Made by a program: the position numbers and the translations under genes. DNA of 64,000 bases from Geosiphon pyriformis uo1. Its lineage: Eukaryota; Fungi; Glomeromycota. This document shows, one piece after another, positions 12,707 to 25,106 of this stretch. Below the pieces are notes generated by a model, which did not search any database, had not been told where the DNA came from, and saw only the letters and a program-made list of their open reading frames with translations. The stretch lies in NCBI GenBank assembly GCA_016748015.1, contig JAAOMT010000752.1:408884-472883 (forward strand), written 5' to 3'. Within the stretch, counting starts at the first letter, position 1. Every line of letters begins with the position of its first letter.

Positions 12707-13721
12707 AAGAATGAAAATAGATAATTATTATTATTATTAGAAGATATTTCTGAAACTTTATTTAATGTACGTTTAGAGGCGAATTCTAGCACATGTATTA
12801 AGTTGTTTAACTATGTTCACATGGTTTAAAAAATGTCTTGATTCATCAAACTACCATTCGCCATAAATCATGCTAAAATTAATAAACAGGTTTGACTATT
12901 TAATTCGATACGTAAATTTTACCTAACCTCCTATTTTTTCCCTCCACCGCAGATTTTGTTTAACCACCATAAAATTGAACTATGAAGTCTTTAAGCAATT
13001 TTGGCGCATCAGTTACCTAAATGCAACTCATCTAATTTAACATGATTGATTTTTATGCTAAAACGATATTAATGGCAATCATGTCATTCATTATCTTCAA
13101 TATAAAACAAAAATTGAAGTCTAAACACTAATTAGCGATAGAAAATACTTAAATTAGGTAACATTTTAAGTAGTCATCATTTAAAGTCTTTCTTTTTATA
13201 TGAATTTATTAAAAATTAGAATTTTAAGGTTTGTTGCTAAGTTAAGTATTTTTAAATAATTAAATTTAATATCTAATATATCACATGAGTGCAATCAAAA
13301 GCTTGGAAGAAATAATTGAAATAGTAAATCATTTTTATATTTAATTAATAGATATAGATATATATCTATATATTTCATTATAAACAAAATAACTAACTTA
13401 TTTAATTTAAAAATTTTTATTGTCAAATAAGAATACTGATAAAGGTTATTTTAAGGTGTAATTACAGATAGATTTAATGATTATATTTTATGTTTCACAC
13501 GAAAGCCACAAGTAGTTAGTTTACTATTGGTTGTTGTTTTTTGTTTTCGTCATACAAGAAATTGAACTGCTCCATTTATAATGAGACAATGGAAAACTTT
13601 TTTGGGGTCTTTCTGCATAAATACCAACTTCGCCTTTAAAAAATTATTTTCTAAACAAATTATCAAATAAAGCTTTAAAAAAATCCTCTTCAAATAATAA
13701 CCTATTCACATTTTATTCACT

Positions 13722-14574
13722 ATGGGGAATCTTCAAACTAAAATAACCCGCTCAGAAGCCTATGTTAAAAAAACTCGTCCGTATGCTCATGACTGCAACG
13801 AGTGTGAAGCGTGTCAGGGAAGCATTAAAAATAATAATAATAATTATTGTAGTGCATGCCAGTTCATATTTTTTGAAAAACTTTATAAAGACTTCTCAAG
13901 TGGCAATAAAGAAGTTGATGAAATAATTAAGAATCCAATTTATATTCCACTTAAAGATTTTAATGGTAAATTAAATTACTATGATTGGATTCCATGGGAG
14001 CGTTTGTCGAATGTCAATGAAATTGCTAGAGGAGGGTTCGGTATAATTTATAAAGCAACATGGATTGATGGACGGATTGATACGTGGAGTATAGGATGTA
14101 ATGGTGAATATAAAAGAGAAGGAACAGTGGAAGTAGCTATAAAAATTATAAAAACGAACAGTGAAGAAGTGTTTAAAGAGGTAAACAAATTATTATTATT
14201 TATGTTTATATTTATATTTAATTAATTCATATTTAACTATTATTTATTTACTGTATATTATTATCGTTTATTTACTTTTTTACACTGTGTCGTTGATAGT
14301 TAAATATTCAAAGAACTATGTTTATTAATAAGGGTAGGGGTGTAGATTATATCTGTTCAATGTATGGGATTACGCAAAACGCTGAAACACTCGAATATGG
14401 AATTGTTATGGACTTTGCTAAACGTGGAGACATGAGGAATTATTTATCAACAAATTTTCATTCTACAAGTTGGATTGACCTACACTCGGGTAACATCCTA
14501 CAATTATATGAACGATTGGTACGTATTGGAGACTTCGGATTATGTCAACCAGTAAACCATGAAGCAACAACAAT

Positions 14575-14609
<35 letters not shown>

Positions 14610-15382
14610 GAAGAAGAAAAGACACGAAAGAAAAAAAGATATATGGAGTGATTCCATACATTCCACCAGAAGTTTTAAGAGGAGAAAAGTTTACAAAAGC
14701 TGGTGATATTTATAGTTATGGAATGTTATTATGGGAATTAGCAACAGGAAAGCCTCCCTTTTATGATTGTAAACATGATCATATTCTTATAATGGCTATT
14801 TTAAATGGTCAAAGACCTAAGATTACCTTCCCACTTATTCCACCTCGTATCGCTGAAATAATTATAACGTGTTGGGATCCTAATCCCGAGAATCGTCCTA
14901 CTGCTGAAGAAATTGATGAGATGTTGTTCGAACTTAAGGCAATGTATGAATGGTTTATAGATAAGAGTTCTACAGATGAGGAGTCTACAGCTGAGGGGTT
15001 TATAGATGCGGAGTCTACAGATGAGGAGTTTTCATATAAAGAGTCTAAAACTGTAAGTCTTCAGTTTCTAGAATCAGAGAAATACTTAAAAGAAATGGCA
15101 GAAAGTGATGACTCAACGACAACAAATCAATCAACGACGACAATGACAACAACAACAACTCGCATTCATTCAGGAGCAGTTTATACAAGCCGTGTTTTGA
15201 CTTTGCAAATGATTGATTTTTCTAAAGGTAAGTCTATTATATGTATAAGTTATAAACATTTTGATCGAATAATTTAATGTTAAACTTTTATTTTAATTTT
15301 CAATTATCATTTTTAAAACAAAATTTATCTACCTTCCATAGACCTGATCGCGATCAGAGATCTTCATCGCAAAAAAGTTTAA
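13722..15382 (+). CDS. TKL-type protein kinase paralogue A, with an in-frame 24-aa deletion removing alphaE and the H-R of HRD (probable pseudokinase)
   Basis: Exons 13722-14180, 14300-15227, 15342-15382 (GT-AG, phases consistent). Motifs ARGGFG, VAIK, DLHSGN, DFG, YIPPE, DIYSYG, RPT; N-terminal HDCxxCxxC...CxxC; C-terminal IHSGAVYTSR. Confidence 0.85.
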
Positions 15383-15586
15383 TTTTATTCAGTTCGTAAT
15401 TAGTTTAAACTTTTATTTAAAAAATTAACAGTGAATGTGCTATCATCAATCCCCTCAATTTGAAACTATTATTCAAAAACAAAATGAATATTTTTATTTG
15501 CATGTGATTTGATTGAACATTAATCCTTTATCAAACTAAAAATTTGGTGAAAACTTAAAGATGCTTAGGCATTAATACTATATCAA

Positions 15587-16167
15587 NNNNNNNNNNNNNN
15601 NNNNNNNNNNNNNNNNNNNNNNNNNNNNNNNNNNNNNNNNNNNNNNNNNNNNNNNNNNNNNNNNNNNNNNNNNNNNNNNNNNNNNNNNNNNNNNNNNNNN
15701 NNNNNNNNNNNNNNNNNNNNNNNNNNNNNNNNNNNNNNNNNNNNNNNNNNNNNNNNNNNNNNNNNNNNNNNNNNNNNNNNNNNNNNNNNNNNNNNNNNNN
15801 NNNNNNNNNNNNNNNNNNNNNNNNNNNNNNNNNNNNNNNNNNNNNNNNNNNNNNNNNNNNNNNNNNNNNNNNNNNNNNNNNNNNNNNNNNNNNNNNNNNN
15901 NNNNNNNNNNNNNNNNNNNNNNNNNNNNNNNNNNNNNNNNNNNNNNNNNNNNNNNNNNNNNNNNNNNNNNNNNNNNNNNNNNNNNNNNNNNNNNNNNNNN
16001 NNNNNNNNNNNNNNNNNNNNNNNNNNNNNNNNNNNNNNNNNNNNNNNNNNNNNNNNNNNNNNNNNNNNNNNNNNNNNNNNNNNNNNNNNNNNNNNNNNNN
16101 NNNNNNNNNNNNNNNNNNNNNNNNNNNNNNNNNNNNNNNNNNNNNNNNNNNNNNNNNNNNNNNNNNN
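15587..16167. other. Assembly gap (581 N)
   Basis: Run of N between kinase A and kinase B; their relative orientation depends on scaffolding. Confidence 0.99.
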
Positions 16168-16626
16168 GCTAGAATAGGATTCAATGCATTAATAAAACAA
16201 CATAAATTGATAGATTAATTGATTTAGATAGCATAAAATATCATTGTAAAATGGAATTTTAAGAAACAAAACTAATTCAAAGCACCAAATAAAATTTATT
16301 AACACATCTTTGCAGAATAGTAATAAACTCTTTAAAGAAGTATATTTTTATTTGTTTAAATTTATTTTATATGGAGATATGACCATTCTACTCATTGGTT
16401 CGATAAATTAGAGATCGCGTGTTAGGCTACATAGAATTCATTCGGTTGTTTAGATAATTGAGATTTATAAGTTGAATTAAGTTAACAACTAAACAATTAA
16501 ACGTCAAACTCAAAGGGAATATTTTATAAAAGAATGAAAACAATGAAATGAATGTAATAAATATCGTAACTACTAGAATTGAAATTTTAAAATACAAATA
16601 AAGATACCCGATTACGATTAGATCTA

Positions 16627-18324
16627 TTAAGAGTCGTCTAATATAAAAGAAATAATAAAATAACCATTAAAAATATTATAATGTTAAGTACATAATTATA
16701 TTTAAACTTTTTTAATTTCTTACCTTTAGGGAGGAACACAAATTCTTTGATAATAGTATAGTAAATTAAATGTAAATTTTTAATATACTGTATAATAATT
16801 AAATAAAAGAATTAATCAATATAAAAATAGATAAACTAACCTTTAGAAAAATCAATCATTTGCAAAGTTAAAACACGACTTGTATAAACCGCTCCTGGAT
16901 GAATACGAGTTGTTGTCGTTGTCATTGTCGTAGTTGATTGATTTGTTGTCGTTGAGTCGTCACTTTCTGCCATTTCTTTTACGTATTTATCTGATTCTAG
17001 AAACTGAGGACCTAACTCCTCATCTGTAGAATTCTTATCTCTAAACCGTTCATACATTCCCAAAAGGGTGAGCAACTTACTCCAAACTTCTCTGGCAGTA
17101 GGACGATTTTCAGGATTAACATCCCAACACGTTATAATTATTTCAGCGATACGAGGTGGAATAAGTGGGAAAGTAATCTCAGGTCTAATACCATTTAAAA
17201 TATCTATTATAAGAAGGTGGTCATGAGAACGATCATAAAAAGGAGGCTTTCCTGTTACTAATTCCAATAATAACATTCCATAACTATAAATATCACCAGC
17301 TTTTGTAAACTTTTCTCCTCTTAAAACTTCTGGTGGAATGTATGGAATCACTCCATATATATATTTTTCCTCTGTTGTTGTTGTTGCTTCATTTTTTACT
17401 GGTTGACATAATCCGAGGTCTCCAATATTTATACGTTCATTACTAAATTTTAGGATGTTGCCCGAGTGTAGGTCACGATGAACCATACCAAAAGAATGAA
17501 TTTGTTTAAGTCCTTCAGCTATATCACCTGCGATCAATAATTTATCATCCCAACTCATAGAATGAAAATTTGTTGATAAATATTTTCGCATATCTCCAAG
17601 TTTAGCAAAGGGCATCACAATTCCATATTCGAGTGTTTCAGCGTTTTGCGTAATTCCAATTATATTAGAGATGTAATAATTGTCTTTTTTATCACAGTTA
17701 ATAAAAATAGCTCTTTCAATGTTTAACTATCAACGACACAGTGTAAAATAGTAAATAAACGATATTATACAGTAAATAAATAATAGGTAAATATTAATTA
17801 ATTGAATATGAATTAATTAAAAATGAATTTTAGATAAATATTAATAATAATAATAGTTTGTTTACCTCTTTAAACACTTCTTCACTGTTCGTTGACATAA
17901 TTTTTATTACTACTTCCACTGTTCCTTCTCTTTTATAGTCCATTTCACCATTATGTTTTATACTTCTTACATCAATTAATCCATCAATTAGAGTTGCTTT
18001 ATAAATTATACTGAACCCTCCTCTAGCAATTTGGTTAATATTCGACAAACGCTCCCATGGAATCCATTCATAGTATTTCAATCTAGCATAATAGTCATTA
18101 TTCTTATTAGGTGGAATATAGATTGGATTTCTAATTATTTCATCCACTTCTTTATTGCCGCTTGAAAAGTTCTTATAAAGTTTTTCAAAAAATATGAACT
18201 GGCATGCTCTACAACGATTAACCCAATTACTGCAAATCATTCTAATTTCGTCTTGACAATAAAAACACACATTGCAATCATGAGATTCTGGACGAGTTGT
18301 TCTTTTAATTTCTTTGTTTTCCAT
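16627..18324 (-). CDS. TKL-type protein kinase paralogue B (intact)
   Basis: Exons 18324-17866, 17726-16841, 21-nt microexon 16744-16724, 16637-16627. Motifs ARGGFS, VVIK, HRDLHSGN, DLG, YIPPE. The last two exons are conserved in paralogue C. Confidence 0.9.
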
Positions 18325-18984
18325 GGTATGAATAAGAACGGATAAAATGTAAATAGATTATTATTCGAAGAAGGTTTTTTTGAAAATTTTTATTTGATAG
18401 TACGTTTAAAAAGTAATTTATTTAAACGCGGGAGTTCTTATTTATATTGTTTCAATTTATTAACCTTAAAAAAAAATATTTATTCATCAAACTATGACTC
18501 GCTATAAATTATACTAAATAGGTAGCTGTAATACACAAAGAAAGACGCCAAACAAGTTTCATTATGGTTGTCTGAGCAAGTAGTTTAATGAATTTTAGCA
18601 GCACAGTATTTTTAATGCCTAACTTGTTTTGTGTTGAGTGTTGTCGTTGTTGTTGTTGTTGTTTGTGTTGTTGTTCTACAAAGAAATGAAAACTCTGTGT
18701 ACCAAAACAGAGAAGTTTATTTACGACCGCTTTTAGTTTCTTGTTTTTGTTAGCTCTTAAACTAACTTTGGTTGCTTTAAAGAAAAACTTTCAAATTCTT
18801 AATTATAATCCTAAATAAAACTTTTAGATATTAAGGGATCTGTTTGTTTTATAAATTTCACATTTGCACAACAGCATTTTATTTCCTTAATCAAAAAATT
18901 GAGCAATAATTCATAAAACTACATTTTTACAAGTTAAGATTGGGAATTATTTTCAATTTTATTAATTTATTTACCTATTATCCA

Positions 18985-19950
18985 GTTATTCTTGAATTTT
19001 CTTGTTTTCGAGAAAAAAAGCGTATATTTTGCTTACATAATTGTTTATTGACTTAATAAATCATATTTAGACAATCTATATTAATAGTTTTTATAAATAA
19101 ATTAATGAAAATTTGGCTTTCAAAATTAAAAGTCACCCGCTAAAACACTTACTTTATTTGTTAATAAAAATAGATTATTGCAATATTAATTGATTACTGT
19201 TTATTAAAATTATTGTTAAGAATCGATATTTATTTTTTAATTTCTAATTTCTAATTTCTTGGATCAATTGGCATTTATTAAATTTTATGCTAAATTGAAT
19301 CTGAAAATTGTAAAAAACTATTTTTGACGTATTTATAAACATTTGAATATATAACTATGTTATTTGGAATTATTAATGCATTTTGCAATATTTTAAGATT
19401 TTGTTATTTTCAAAAATAAAAAAATATAATTATTTTGTTTAATAGCATTTTTAATTTTATTTTGATACTATTTTAGTTGTATTTATCATTTTATTAACTA
19501 CATATTATAATATCTTATAATTAATTTTAATCACATGTATTATTAATTATTATTATAATAATATGAAAATTTTATTAGAAACTAATAGAATCTCAGTTAA
19601 AAACAAAATAAAACAATAATTAATGTTATTTAGGTTAAAAAAACTGCTAATAAAAAAATTGTATATATACTTATTATTGATGAATTATAATGTAATATAA
19701 AAATGATAATATAAATACAATTTTTATTATAAATAAGAAAGTATAATGATAATTAACTAAAAAAATGATAATGTAATTGAAAATAATATTAGAATAACTA
19801 AAAAAATAATAAAGCTAGAAAATAATAGAAAAATTAAAATAAAATTAAAAATTAAAAACTATAAATAGTAACAGCCATTGAGCATTATTTTAAAATTAAT
19901 TGTTAATTTAATTATTGACCAAGTTATTAACATAGTCGTTAATTTAATTT
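18985..19950 (+). repeat. Dispersed non-coding repeat, copy 1 (direct copy at ~30852-31625)
   Basis: Shared blocks ttattcttgaattttcttgttttcgagaa, aagtcacc(c/t)gct, ggatc(a/c)attggcat and acagccatt...attattga(c/t)caa(g/a)ttattaacata in the same order. Confidence 0.75.
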
Positions 19951-22080
19951 TTAACTTAAAGATTAACTTAATTATTGATCTGATTGTTAATTTATTTTTA
20001 ATTTGTATATAAAAAATGCGGATTAAAAAATAAGGTATTAATTGTTTTATTGTTTATTATTTTTATAGCAAATTATTTTTTACTTTCAAATTAATGTTAA
20101 TTTTTGGTAATTTTCAAGTTTGACTATTTTAAAACTGATTTTATTGATATTTTTTATTAAATATTTTAATAATTTTCATATAAAATTTTGATTTCCTTGT
20201 TAGTTAATCTAATAACTGAATATAATTTATTAGAAATACTGTTTTCTTAAAAATTTTATTACATTCCTTAAAAATGTACAATATTATTTGAATTGACAAA
20301 GACTAATTAATTCAAATTAACAAAAAAGTTTTCAATTCAAAATTTGCGATAAAGTTTCGTGTTTTTAGCATGATATTTTATATTACTTAATTTTAGAAAG
20401 TTTGCATCTTTTGAAATTATTAATGAAATTAGTTTAAGAACTTATTTTTTAAACTTTTCATTAAATTTCAAATTTTATAATATAATTAAAACACTATATG
20501 AAATGCCAAATTTTTTTATTACTATTTATTATGATTTCGAAGTAAAACAAAAATATATATTATTATTAATTGTAATTTTTTTTAAGATTTTTAGTCAAAA
20601 ATTGTTTTAAATTAATTACATTTTTAATTAATGAATATTATTTTTAATTATTAATTTTTAATTATTATTAATTGCATCATTAATTTTTTTTATTATATTA
20701 TAAATTTAATTTATTTTTCTATTATACTGTAATATATTAATAATTATGTGTACAATTTTTTATTCTTAACAAAACTTTTTAATTTGATTGACACCAATTA
20801 ATTTTTTTTTATTCTATTTATTTTACTTTACTAATTTTCGTCAGTTTACTTTATTAAAATAGTTGTTTTTTAATAAAATCAAAATATAATTTTGGATTTG
20901 ATTAATTATTAATTTTTATTAAAAGTAATAAACAAAACAATTGTGAATATATTTTGAAATGAATAAACAAATGAATAAAATATGAGATCTTAATTTCGAA
21001 ATAACATTAGTTAAATAAATATACATTAAAAAGACTAAAAAATAATTTTTTTCGCCTAAAATTAAAATCATTAAATGCATTAAAAAATATTTTGATAAAT
21101 TTTTAATACAAATAAAATTACTTTTGTTGATAAATATTTTATTATAATTATTATTATAAGAATAATACCAAAATTTATTATCATATATATGATTTAATAA
21201 GATAAAAGAAATTAATAAACTATTTTAAATTTTGATCGAAAAAATTAATTTATTTAAAAATCAGTAAAATAGTTTGGTTTAATAAAAATTATAATGTAAA
21301 TCAAAAAAAAGATTAATTTGATTTATTAAATTTATAATTAAACCAATGAAACAAATTCTTTTTATATATAAAAACTAGATTTCATTTGCAAGAAACGTAA
21401 TATTTTTAAAATACTGAATGTAACGTTCAGATTTATTTATTGGAAATGAAATTATTTAAGCATTATATTTAAGGAGTATTTACATATATTTTTAGAGTTT
21501 AAATATATTAATAAATAGAATCATAATGCCTGATTATACCATTCTTATTTAAAGATTTTCTTGTAGGTGATATGTCCCTTAATATTTAAAAGTTTTATTT
21601 GGAATTATAATCAAGAATCTGAAGGGTTTTCCTTTAAAGAATCCAAAGTTAGTTTAAACCGAGAGCTAACGAAAACAAGAAACTAAAAGCGGTTCTTTAA
21701 TGAAATTCTTAGTTTTAGTACACAAAGAGTTTTCATTTCTTTGTAGAACAACAATACCAACAACAACAATAAACATAAAACTATTTGATTAGGCAATGAC
21801 AATGAGATCATGAGGAACTTGTTTGGCGTATTTCTTTGTGTCCCCGTAGCCACTTAAACCTATTTAGTATAATTTATAGCGAATCATAGTTTGATGAATA
21901 AAGACCACTTTTTAAGATTAATAAATTGATTTTTTTACTATGTGAACACAGAGAAACAATATAAATAAGAACTCGGCGTTTAAATAAATTACTTTTTAAA
22001 CGTACTATCAAATAAACATTTTCAAAAAAACCCTCTTCAAATAATAATCTATTTACATTTTATCCGTTCTTATTCATACC

Positions 22081-23840
22081 ATGGAAAACAAAGAAATTAA
22101 AAGAATAACTCGTCCAGAATCTCATGATTGCAATGTGTGTTTTTATTGTCAAGACGAAATTAGAATTTCCAGTAATTGGGTTACTCGTTGTAGAGCATGC
22201 CAGTTCATATTTTTTGAAAAATTTTACCAAGACTTTTCAAGTAGCAATAATGTAGTTGATGAAATAATTAAGAATCCAATCTATATTCCACCTAATAATA
22301 AAAATTATTATTTTAATGGTTGTTTGAATTATTATGAATGGATTCCATGGGAGCGTTTGTCGAATGTCAATGAAATTGCTAGAGGAGGGTTCAGTATAAT
22401 TTATAAAGCAACATGGATTGATGGACGGATTGATACGTGGAGTATAGGATGTAATGGTGAATATAAAAGAGAAGGAACAGTGGAAGTAGCTATAAAAATT
22501 ATAAAAACGAACAGTGAAGAAGTGTTTAAAGAGGTAACAAATTATTATTATTTATATTTATATTTATATTTAATTAATTCATATTTAACTATTATTTGTT
22601 TACTGTGTATTATCGTTTATTTACTATTTTACACTGTGTCGTTGATAGTTAAACATTGGAAGAGCTATTTTTATTAACACTGATGATAAAGACAATTTTT
22701 TAATCTCTGAAATAATTGGAATTACGCAAAACACTGAAACACTCGAGTATGGAATTGTGTTGCCCTTTGCTAAATTTGGAGATATGCGAAAATATTTATC
22801 AACAAATTTTCATTCTACAAGTTGGTATGATAAATTATGGATCGCGCGTACAATAGCTAAAGGACTTGATGACATTCATTCTTCTGGTCTGGTTCATCGT
22901 GACCTACACTCGGGCAACATTCTACAAATGTCTACTCATCGGGCAAACATTGGAGACCTCGGATTATGTCAACCAGTAAACCATGAAGCAACAACAACAA
23001 CAACAGACCCAACAACAGGAAAAGACATGAAAGAAAAAAGATATATGGAGTGATTCCATACATTTCACCAGAAGTTTTAAGAGGAGAAAAATTTACAACA
23101 GCTGGTGATATTTATAGTTATGGAATGTTATTATGGGAATTATCAACAGGAAAGCCTCCCTTTTATGATTGTAAACATGATCATATTCTTATAATGGCTA
23201 TTTTAAATGGTCAAAGACCTAAGATTACCTTCCCACTTATTCCACCTTCAATTGCTAAACTTATTGAAGAGTGTTGGGATCCTAATCCTAAGAATCGTCC
23301 TACTGCTGAAAAAATTGGTTATAAGTTAATGGAACTTGAAAGCAACTATATTAAAATTGATTATTATACAGATGAGGAGCTTACAGCTGAGGAGTTTATA
23401 GATCAAGAGCCTACAGATGAGGAGTCTATAGAATGGGAGTCTAAAACTTTAAGTCTTCAGTTTAGAGAATCAGAGAAATACGTAAAAAAAATGGCGGAAA
23501 GTGATGACTCAACGACAACAAATCAATCAACTACGACAATGACAACGACAACAACTCGTATTCATCCAGGAGCAGTTTATACAAGTCGTGTTTTAACTTT
23601 GCAAATGATTCAAGAAACAAAAGGTTAGTTTATTTAATTTAGAAATAATTAATTTATTTGGTTTAATTATTATACAGTATATTAAAAAAATACATTTGAT
23701 TTACATTACTATTTTAAAAGAATTAGTGTTTCTCCCTAAAGGTAAGAAATTGAAAAAAAGTTTAAATATAATTATGTAATTTACATTATAATATTTATAA
23801 TGGTTATTTTACTATTTATTATATATTAGACGACGCATAA
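22081..23840 (+). pseudogene. TKL-type protein kinase paralogue C, with a 1-nt frameshift in an A-run (pseudogene or sequencing error)
   Basis: Exons 22081-22533, 22649-23623, 23721-23741, 23830-23840. HRDLHSGN and DLG present. A6 at 23034-23039, where paralogue A has A7, splits exon 2 into ORFs 22757 and 23050. Confidence 0.85.
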
Positions 23841-25056
23841 TAGATCTAATCGTGATCGGGTATCTTTATTTTCCCATTCGTAAGTACGTTGACTCTATAA
23901 TGCGATTAATTTTATTACTTGGTTAATCTTTTCATAAGGGACATATTTTAAATAGCTTTTATATGTTTTATATTTTAAATTATATTAATGATAATGTTGT
24001 TAGATTTATTTCAATAAATGTTTTATTAATTTATTATAAAGAGTATTCTCTCTTATCTAAAAAATAATATTCAAACAAATATTTTCAGGAGGAACTATAA
24101 TAAAAAAAAAGGATTCAAATTTATAATATTGATTAAACAAATCAATTAAACTTGAAAGTATTATAAGTGAAAGTTAAAACGTGGTGAAGGTCTTTATTTT
24201 ATTAACAACTTTATGAATCAATGAAAGTTTTTTTAGAAAAGCAATCGACTAAACCTTTATTTAATAATCTTTTTAAATTTTAATAAAAATAAGATCACAA
24301 TTGATTTTAATGTGAAAGAGCGAGTTAATGAATTTAGATAATTTTAAATACATTTTAAATGTGTTGCGCATATAATTAAATTAAGAGTAAATATCAATTA
24401 GTATCTGTTTTATTTAGTAGTTATCTAAATTATTAGGTTTTTTCTATTAAAAATGTAATTGAAAAATATGTAAATAAGCAATAGAAAAATTTTAATTTCT
24501 TGATTTATATATCGGATTAATTTATTTCAATGATATTATTAAAACTTGAACATATAACTAAATATGTTTAGTTAAATTCCTGAATTTGGGATCAAAAAAG
24601 ATTATATGACTTTTTTTTATAAATAATATACATGAATAATATATTATGTAATTAGGGTTTTTACTTTCTAATTAACAACTTCATATTTCTCATATTTTTT
24701 TAGCATGTTCTTTTAAAAATAAAGCTAGGAGTTGAGTTTATTAGTTAGTTTTTGTTTATAGCTCTTTGAAAAATTTGTGCACAGTTGATTAATTTAAATC
24801 TAATTACTTAAACCAATACAGATAAAAACCAGTTATAGGGATCGAATCTCCCCAGAGTTTTAGAATAAAAAAATGATTAAAGTTCGATATTAAAAAGTAA
24901 AGGTCACCCAAAAAACATTTTTTAGATATTTATATAATTTATTTATAATTAATAAATTAAAAAAATTCAAAGTATGTATATTTTTTCAGTTGAATTATTA
25001 GATGTAAATCAAAATTTAAAAATTCGTTATAAAATAAAAATTAAAAGAAAACTATA

Positions 25057-25106
<50 letters not shown>
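25057..25106 (+). repeat. (ATT)n microsatellite
   Basis: About 16 perfect ATT units; similar tracts at ~44295-44338, ~45451-45506, ~58105 and ~61025. Confidence 0.9.

Noticed and set aside
14463-14666. Minus ORF with a poly-Leu 'signal/TM' segment
   Set aside because: It is the antisense reading of the kinase (ACA)n tract.
15555-16184. 209-aa ORF
   Set aside because: Consists of gap Ns.
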